Source: an uncultured Gammaproteobacteria bacterium (lineage in GTDB: Bacteria > Patescibacteriota > Patescibacteriia > UBA1558 > S5-K13). Taken from it: a stretch of 64,000 nt of DNA. Positions 58,654 to 64,000 of the stretch are shown here, piece by piece. The stretch lies in assembly GCA_964424195.1 (NCBI GenBank), contig CAYRHT010000003.1, positions 14,919 to 78,918 of the forward strand, written 5' to 3'. A model generated the notes under the pieces. That model was not told the origin of the DNA. It ran no database searches and was given only the letters and a program-made list of their open reading frames with translations. How positions within the stretch are numbered: the stretch's first letter is position 1; every line of letters starts with the position of its first letter. The position numbers were made by a program, and so were the translations under genes.

Positions 58654-59769
58654 ATGAAAAACACAAAAACAATAAATACTAGATCAATCATTACTTTAGT
58701 TTTGATTTTTAGTATTTTAGCAATGCCTTTCTATACTCAGGCTGCTTCTGAGAAGAAAGAACCTGTAAGCTTTAGTGCTACTGCACCAAGTGTTACCGTA
58801 CCAATAACTAGCCCAAATGTTTCTAATACCAGTTTTAGTATTGGTACAACTCCTGTTAATACTGTTCCAGTAGCAGTAGCAGATGAATATAAGGTTTATA
58901 CAGAAGAAAAACTTTATACCAATGAAGTAAAAGAAGGTGTTTTAAGAAATGATTATGATAAAAATAATGACATATTAGAAGCTGTTTATGGTTCTGGATT
59001 AAGTACTAGTGCAACAGTTTTTCCTTTAAAGTTAAACTATGGTACTTTATTTGAATTTAATTCAGACGGTACATTTACTTATGTAGCTAATAGTGCCGGA
59101 GGTGATGATGAATTTAGTTATCGAGCCTATGATGGTAAAGTTTATTCTAACGTAGTTAGTGTTGTAATCTATGTTGGTAAACGAGTTATTCCTACACCAG
59201 ATCCAGATGTTTTAGGATGTATGGATACTAGTGCTAATAACTATAATTCTAGTGCAAATGTAGATGATGGTACTTGTACATATACTTCAGGTGGTTCTGG
59301 CGATGGAAATGGTGGAACATTTACTCCAAATTCAGATGATGAAGATTTAGAACCAGAATTGATTAACGAAGAAACAGAAGAAGGAAGTATTCTTGGTGAT
59401 ATAGTATTTGCAGATGGATTATATAGATGTGAAGATGATAAAATATTTTCTTTTACAGATAATGTAAAAACTTATGTTCCTGATTTACTAACTTTAGGTA
59501 AATATCATTTTGGTGAAGATGTAAATTATGCTACTTGTGAAGATATTGCTAATATTCCAGAAGTATTAGGTGATAATACCAAGGAAGAATGTGTAACTAA
59601 TTTTAAACCAGTTAAAAAAGATTTATTCAGAGGTACTAATATGAAAATCTATGCTTGGTTAAATAGTACTGCTCATTATGTTTCTTCTTTAGAAGAATTA
59701 GCTCGTGACTTTTTCGGAATTGAAATCATTAATCTTTGTCAAACAACAGTTGATGATTTAGTAAAATAA
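58654..59769 (+). CDS. Secreted surface protein with cadherin/Ig-like domain and GCMD..ANNY repeat
   Basis: Signal peptide; PVAVAD...GVLRND...DGTFTY...FSYRAYDG; GCMDTSANNYNSSANVDDGTC. Confidence 0.75.
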   Translation: MKNTKTINTRSIITLVLIFSILAMPFYTQAASEKKEPVSFSATAPSVTVPITSPNVSNTSFSIGTTPVNTVPVAVADEYKVYTEEKLYTNEVKEGVLRNDYDKNNDILEAVYGSGLSTSATVFPLKLNYGTLFEFNSDGTFTYVANSAGGDDEFSYRAYDGKVYSNVVSVVIYVGKRVIPTPDPDVLGCMDTSANNYNSSANVDDGTCTYTSGGSGDGNGGTFTPNSDDEDLEPELINEETEEGSILGDIVFADGLYRCEDDKIFSFTDNVKTYVPDLLTLGKYHFGEDVNYATCEDIANIPEVLGDNTKEECVTNFKPVKKDLFRGTNMKIYAWLNSTAHYVSSLEELARDFFGIEIINLCQTTVDDLVK

Positions 59770-59879
59770 ATTAATATAGATTTTTTAAAAGCTCTGTCAT
59801 TCTGGCAGAGCTTTTTTAGTTACTAAAGTTATCCCCAGGTATTTAATTAAATTACTTGACAAATATTTTAAATAGAGTA

Positions 59880-59917
59880 TACTTTATTTAGGTAAAGTAC
59901 TTTAGTTTAATAAAGTT
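59880..59917. promoter_or_regulatory. Tandem 20-bp palindromic operators (HisR/YerC-type)
   Basis: TACTTTATTTAGGTAAAGTA (59880-59899) and TACTTTAGTTTAATAAAGTT (59898-59917) overlap the -10 of a TTGACA (59856) promoter. Confidence 0.7.
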
Positions 59918-59945
59918 AATAATCTGTTTTAAATATTTATAAATT

Positions 59946-60218
59946 ATGATTATATTAATTGGATATATAGCCACAATTCTGACAGCATCTACTATGATGC
60001 CTCAAATTTTTAGATCAATTCATACTAAAAGTGTTGAGGATATTTCATTTATAATGTTAGTGATGTATATTGCAAATGCAGGATTATGGACGGTTTATGG
60101 TATTTTGATAGATGCCAAACCTCTTATTATTGCGGATAGTTTAGCTTGTTGTGCTGGAATTACTCAGTTAGTTATAAAATTAAAATATTATAAATATTCG
60201 CAGGTAAAGAATTTTTAA
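59946..60218 (+). CDS. SemiSWEET / PQ-loop transporter
   Basis: Three TM helices, MMPQIFRS..TKSVEDIS, LWTVYG. Confidence 0.85.
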   Translation: MIILIGYIATILTASTMMPQIFRSIHTKSVEDISFIMLVMYIANAGLWTVYGILIDAKPLIIADSLACCAGITQLVIKLKYYKYSQVKNF

Positions 60219-60235
60219 AAATAAATAATTATATT

Positions 60236-60553
60236 ATGAATTTATCAAAAAACAAAAAAACAGAAGATTTATATCAAGTCATTCTTAAATTAAAAAATTT
60301 AGAGGAAGCTCAAAGATTTTTTCGGGATTTATTAACATCCGTTGAGATTTTAGAATTTTCTAAAAGATGGCAAGTTGCTCAAATGTTGGATGATAAAATT
60401 CCTTATTCTTTTATTGAAAAAAAGACTGGTCTAAGTTCTACTACGGTTGCTCGAATTTCTAAATGGTTACAAAATGGTAAAGGTGGCTACAAATTAATGC
60501 TTAAAAAAATAAATACTCATCATAACTTAATTTCTTCCCCAAGAAGGAATTGA
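60236..60553 (+). CDS. TrpR-like repressor YerC/YecD (HisR)
   Basis: FFRDLLT..E.....RWQVA.ML....Y..I...TGLSSTTVARISKWL..G.GGY. Confidence 0.9.
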   Translation: MNLSKNKKTEDLYQVILKLKNLEEAQRFFRDLLTSVEILEFSKRWQVAQMLDDKIPYSFIEKKTGLSSTTVARISKWLQNGKGGYKLMLKKINTHHNLISSPRRN

Positions 60554-60611
60554 GTTGATTTTTAATATTGATTTAAAATCAGTCCAGCTCCTTCTTGAGA
60601 AGGAGTTTTTT
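60527..60611 (+). terminator. Attenuator at the 3' end of the yerC-like gene
   Basis: 1:2 AATTTCTTC/GAAGGAATT; 2:3 CAAGAAGGA (60540-48)/TCCTTCTTG (60589-97); 3:4 CTCCTTC-ttga-GAAGGAG plus T6. Confidence 0.7.
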
Positions 60612-60643
60612 AATTCTCAAGAAAGAAAAAAAAGGAGGAAAAG

Positions 60644-61219
60644 ATGAAAAGAAAGGAGCAGGAAGGAGGTAGTTTAGAAATGAAAAGAATTACTACTAGT
60701 TGGGAATTCGCGCAATATAAGGATCAATTAATTAATCTTTATATTAAATGTTTTGCTGAATATCCTTGGAATGAAAATTATACTTATAGTAAAGTGGAGC
60801 AATGGTTTAATAGTATGTTGAAATATGAAAACCTTATTTTACTTATTTGTACAAAAGCCAATATTGTTTTGGGAGCAACATTTTGTTTTCCAGCAGGATA
60901 TCAGCAAGAGATAAGTGATTGTATTCCTGTGGATATTAAAAAAGAAAATGTTATCTATCTTGCTGAGACATTTGTTGACTCTGATTATAGAAGGAAGGGG
61001 ATTGCTACTTTATTTCATGATGAAAAAATTGGAATAGCAAAAGAAAAAGCATTTGAATATGTAATCGAAACAACTAGTGCTAATTCTAAAATGTTTCCAT
61101 TAATGAAAAAGAGAGGATTTGAGGTAATTAATAAAAAGAAAAGAATAGTTACCAGACTAATTAAGGGACAATTAATCAAAGTTCCAGACGAGAGAGTTAT
61201 CTTTTTTAAAAAACTTTGA
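60644..61219 (+). CDS. GNAT family N-acetyltransferase
   Basis: YLAETFVDSDYRRKGIAT acetyl-CoA motif; AGGAGG SD. Confidence 0.85.
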   Translation: MKRKEQEGGSLEMKRITTSWEFAQYKDQLINLYIKCFAEYPWNENYTYSKVEQWFNSMLKYENLILLICTKANIVLGATFCFPAGYQQEISDCIPVDIKKENVIYLAETFVDSDYRRKGIATLFHDEKIGIAKEKAFEYVIETTSANSKMFPLMKKRGFEVINKKKRIVTRLIKGQLIKVPDERVIFFKKL

Positions 61220-61276
61220 TGATTAATGTGGTTAGGGTAATGAGTTATATACTTCATTACCCTGATTATTAAAACT

Positions 61277-61984
61277 ATGGCTAAAATACTATTTTCAACA
61301 TTGACCCATGGAAATGAAATTATTGGTTTAGATGTTGTTAAAAAAATTAAAAAAATCGAAAGATTAGGAGATAAATTTGATTATATTATTTCTAATTCTT
61401 TAGCTTTCTCAAACAATAGTAGATATGTAGATTCAGATTTAAATAGAATATTTCCTGGTAATGATCAAGGAAATTATGAAGAACAGAGAGCTGTAGAAAT
61501 AATTAACATCGGTAAAAAATATGATTATGTTATTGATTTACATGGTTCAGTTTCAAATACTGGTGTTTTTATAATTATTACTAAATTGAATATAGAGAAT
61601 TTATTATTAGCTTTAAGATTTAATATTAAAAGGATAGTCATTTGGTTAGACACTGAAGAGACTAAAGGTTCTTTATCAACTTTTATGCCTATAGGAATAG
61701 AAATTGAATCTGGTTTTAAAAATGACTTTGAAGTATATCAAGAATTGAAAGATAAATTAATTACTTTTTTAGAGAGAGATGCTCCAATTAATCTTGAAGA
61801 TGAGTTAAGAAAAAGAGATATTTTTTGGGTTGATGGAAGTTTGAGTAAGAAAAACAAGAAATTTCGTGGTTTAAAAAATTGGAAAAAGATAAAAGATTTT
61901 TATCCATTATTTGTAGATGGTCAATATGAGAATATTTGGTGTTATAAATTAAAAAAAGTGAATTTAAAAATAAAACAAAACTAG
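61277..61984 (+). CDS. Succinylglutamate desuccinylase/aspartoacylase (M14) family protein
   Basis: HGNE, DLNRIFPG, IDLH, IEIE. Confidence 0.85.
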   Translation: MAKILFSTLTHGNEIIGLDVVKKIKKIERLGDKFDYIISNSLAFSNNSRYVDSDLNRIFPGNDQGNYEEQRAVEIINIGKKYDYVIDLHGSVSNTGVFIIITKLNIENLLLALRFNIKRIVIWLDTEETKGSLSTFMPIGIEIESGFKNDFEVYQELKDKLITFLERDAPINLEDELRKRDIFWVDGSLSKKNKKFRGLKNWKKIKDFYPLFVDGQYENIWCYKLKKVNLKIKQN

Positions 61985-62064
61985 GAAAATTACTTTCCCA
62001 GTTTTTTTATCCACAGTTAGTAGTGGTTGCCAAAAACTGTTTTGTGGAGTAAAATATAATTGAA

Positions 62065-62089
62065 GTGGATAAAAGTGGGTAAGTCTGGG
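62065..62089 (+). promoter_or_regulatory. MraZ-binding direct repeats
   Basis: GTGGA-N5-GTGGG-N5-CTGGG just downstream of TTGCCA-17-TAAAAT promoter. Confidence 0.65.
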
Positions 62090-62158
62090 GATAACTTTGA
62101 GAAGACCCAAAACAAGCTATTATTCAAGTATTTTAATTAAGAAGAATTATCATCTTTT

Positions 62159-62590
62159 ATGTTCATTGGTGAATACAATCATACTATTGATGAAAAAGGT
62201 CGTTTGGCTGTGCCAGCGAAGTTTCGAATTGATTTTAAAAATGGGGCAGTTGTCACTAGAGGATTAGACAATTGTCTTTTTCTTTTTACTAAAAAGTCTT
62301 GGAATGAATTAGCTGACAAACTTTCTCAGTTACCAATTTCTCAATCTAAATCAAGAGCTTTTGCAAGATTAATGTTAGCCGGGGCAATGGATGTTAAGTT
62401 GGATAAACAAGGAAGAATTATATTACCAGATTATTTAAGAAAATATGCTGTTTTGAAAAAGAAAAGTATTGTTGCTGGAGTCTTTAATCGTTTAGAAATT
62501 TGGGATGAAAATAATTGGAATACTTACAAACAATCAGTAGAAAAAGATTCAACAGATATAGCTAATGAATTAGGAGATTTAGGAATATAA
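62159..62590 (+). CDS. mraZ: Division/cell-wall cluster regulator MraZ
   Basis: MFIGEYNHTIDEKGRL, DKQGRI, RLEIW. Confidence 0.96.
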   Translation: MFIGEYNHTIDEKGRLAVPAKFRIDFKNGAVVTRGLDNCLFLFTKKSWNELADKLSQLPISQSKSRAFARLMLAGAMDVKLDKQGRIILPDYLRKYAVLKKKSIVAGVFNRLEIWDENNWNTYKQSVEKDSTDIANELGDLGI

Positions 62591-62592
62591 TT

Positions 62593-63534
62593 ATGAAAAA
62601 GCACCTACCAGTACTATTGAATGAAGTTATAGAAGGATTAAATTTGAAATCTAATAACAATGTGATTGATGCTACCTTAGGCGGTGGTGGTCATACTCAA
62701 GAGATTCTAGAAAAGACAGCTCCTGAAGGTCAAGTAATCGGTTTTGATCTAGATCCTGAGGCAATAGAATTAGCTAAAACAAATTTAAAAAAATATAAGG
62801 ATAGAGTAATATATATCCCTAGTGGATATCAAAAATTAAAACAAAAACAAAATGAACAATTTAAGCATCTTAAAGTCCACGGTATTTTACTTGACCTGGG
62901 CTTATCATTGTATCAATTACAAGAGCACGATCGAGGTTTTTCATTTCTAGGAGATTCTAGTTTAGATATGCGTTATGATCGAAATTCTGAAAAAGAAAAT
63001 GCTGAACATATAATTAATGAATTCCCAGAAGAAAAGCTAGCAGACATTTTCTATGAATATGGAGAAGAAAAATTATCCAGACAAATAGCTAGTTTAATTG
63101 TTAAGAGAAGAGAACAAGAAAGAATAGATACTCCTGAGAAGCTAGTAAGAATCATAGAGTTAATTTACAAAACTAAGTTTAAAAATAAGTCTAAGAAACA
63201 TCCAGCTACGAAAGTATTTCAAGCTTTACGAATCTATGTTAATCAAGAATTTGAAAATATTAAAGAATCTTTACCAATAGCAATTGATATTTTAGAAAAA
63301 GGTGGAAGATTAGCAGTAATTACCTTTCATTCTTTAGAAGATAAGATAGTTAAGGATTATTTCAAGAAAGAAGCACGAGATTGCCTCTGTCCAATAGAAA
63401 TACCAGAATGTCGTTGTGGACATCAAGCTCGGATAAAGATTATTAATCGTAAAGTAATAGTTCCTGGTGAAGAAGAATTAAAGAATAATTCAGCATCAAG
63501 GAGCGCTAAATTAAGAGTAATAGAAAAAATTTAA
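62593..63534 (+). CDS. rsmH: 16S rRNA m4C1402 methyltransferase RsmH
   Basis: HLPVLL, DATLGGGGH, FQALRIYVN, TFHSLED, SRSAKLR. Confidence 0.96.
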   Translation: MKKHLPVLLNEVIEGLNLKSNNNVIDATLGGGGHTQEILEKTAPEGQVIGFDLDPEAIELAKTNLKKYKDRVIYIPSGYQKLKQKQNEQFKHLKVHGILLDLGLSLYQLQEHDRGFSFLGDSSLDMRYDRNSEKENAEHIINEFPEEKLADIFYEYGEEKLSRQIASLIVKRREQERIDTPEKLVRIIELIYKTKFKNKSKKHPATKVFQALRIYVNQEFENIKESLPIAIDILEKGGRLAVITFHSLEDKIVKDYFKKEARDCLCPIEIPECRCGHQARIKIINRKVIVPGEEELKNNSASRSAKLRVIEKI

Positions 63535-63557
63535 AATAAAAAAATAAAAACAAAAAT

Positions 63558-63914
63558 ATGAGAAATTTCTTAGTTACCATGAAGAAGTTTTTAAGGAAAA
63601 ATTCTTTGAAATCTAAAAACAAGAAAAGAGTAATGTATAGTGTGAATATTGCTTTAGTTCTTTGTATCTTCGCTTTACTTTTTATTCATTTAAGCGGAGC
63701 TAATGAATTAGCTACCAAAGGATTCATTTTAAAAAAGCTATACTTTGAATTAGGAGAGCTAGAAGCAACTAATAAAGATTTAACTTTAGAATCAGCAGAG
63801 ATGCAATCTATTGCTCGAATTAAAGATGTAGCTGTTGAGAATCTGGGAATGGTTATGGCTGATGGTAAAGACTATATTGTCCTTAGTAGAAATAAAGATA
63901 TTGTAAAAAAATAG
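63558..63914 (+). CDS. FtsL-like cell division protein
   Basis: TM plus coiled coil ending RI...A..NLGM; position after rsmH. Confidence 0.6.
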   Translation: MRNFLVTMKKFLRKNSLKSKNKKRVMYSVNIALVLCIFALLFIHLSGANELATKGFILKKLYFELGELEATNKDLTLESAEMQSIARIKDVAVENLGMVMADGKDYIVLSRNKDIVKK

Positions 63915-63960
63915 TTTTCTAAAGTTTAGAAGTTATCATTAATTCTATTTATATTAGTTT

Positions 63961-64000
63961 ATGATTAAGAGAAATGAAATAGTTGATATTAATAAAATGG
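63961..64000 (+). CDS. Start of next ORF, possibly FtsI/PBP3 (truncated)
   Basis: ATG at 63961; identity by synteny only. Confidence 0.3.
   Translation, partial: MIKRNEIVDINKM

Noticed and set aside
1394-61257. Short antisense or alternate-frame ORFs in the track (e.g. 1394-1711, 12757-13098, 18969-19208, 33553-33873, 39085-39354, 47346-47636, 47649-47921, 51393-51704, 61015-61257)
   Set aside because: They overlap better-supported genes and read as shadow frames without motifs or start signals.
1-64000. Alternative genetic code (UGA=Gly, as in Gracilibacteria/Absconditabacteria)
   Set aside because: Conserved genes are full length under table 11 and TGA acts as a stop (3251-53, 12569-71, 60551-53).

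Overview
AT-rich bacterial chromosome segment, translation table 11. Gene content and style fit a Patescibacteria/CPR organism (inference from the DUF4012 protein, N-terminally extended L7/L12 and CPR-type hypotheticals). The backbone is housekeeping: mrdA, greA, mreB, surface glycosyltransferases, murJ, lepA, ftsEX, rpmA, iscU/nfu/iscS, mraY-murD-ftsW-murG-murC-murB, hpf, secA, rplJL, tsaB and mraZ-rsmH-ftsL, plus tRNA-Asn, RNase P RNA and an L10 leader. Many stand-alone orphan genes with their own promoter, strong Shine-Dalgarno and terminator are inserted into it, along with a BcgI-like R-M system and a RhuM-Fic gene. Two ribosome-mediated attenuators stand out. (1) A leader peptide with five tandem Asn codons (MKRQMTKLNNNNNLE) is followed by alternative antiterminator/terminator hairpins directly upstream of the tRNA-Asn gene, suggesting a tRNA that is regulated by its own decoding supply. 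(2) A full-length TrpR-like YerC/HisR repressor gene has a His-His C-terminal tail and a 3' end forming a 1:2/2:3/3:4 attenuator, downstream of tandem palindromic operators. All calls are from reading the sequence; no database searches were run.
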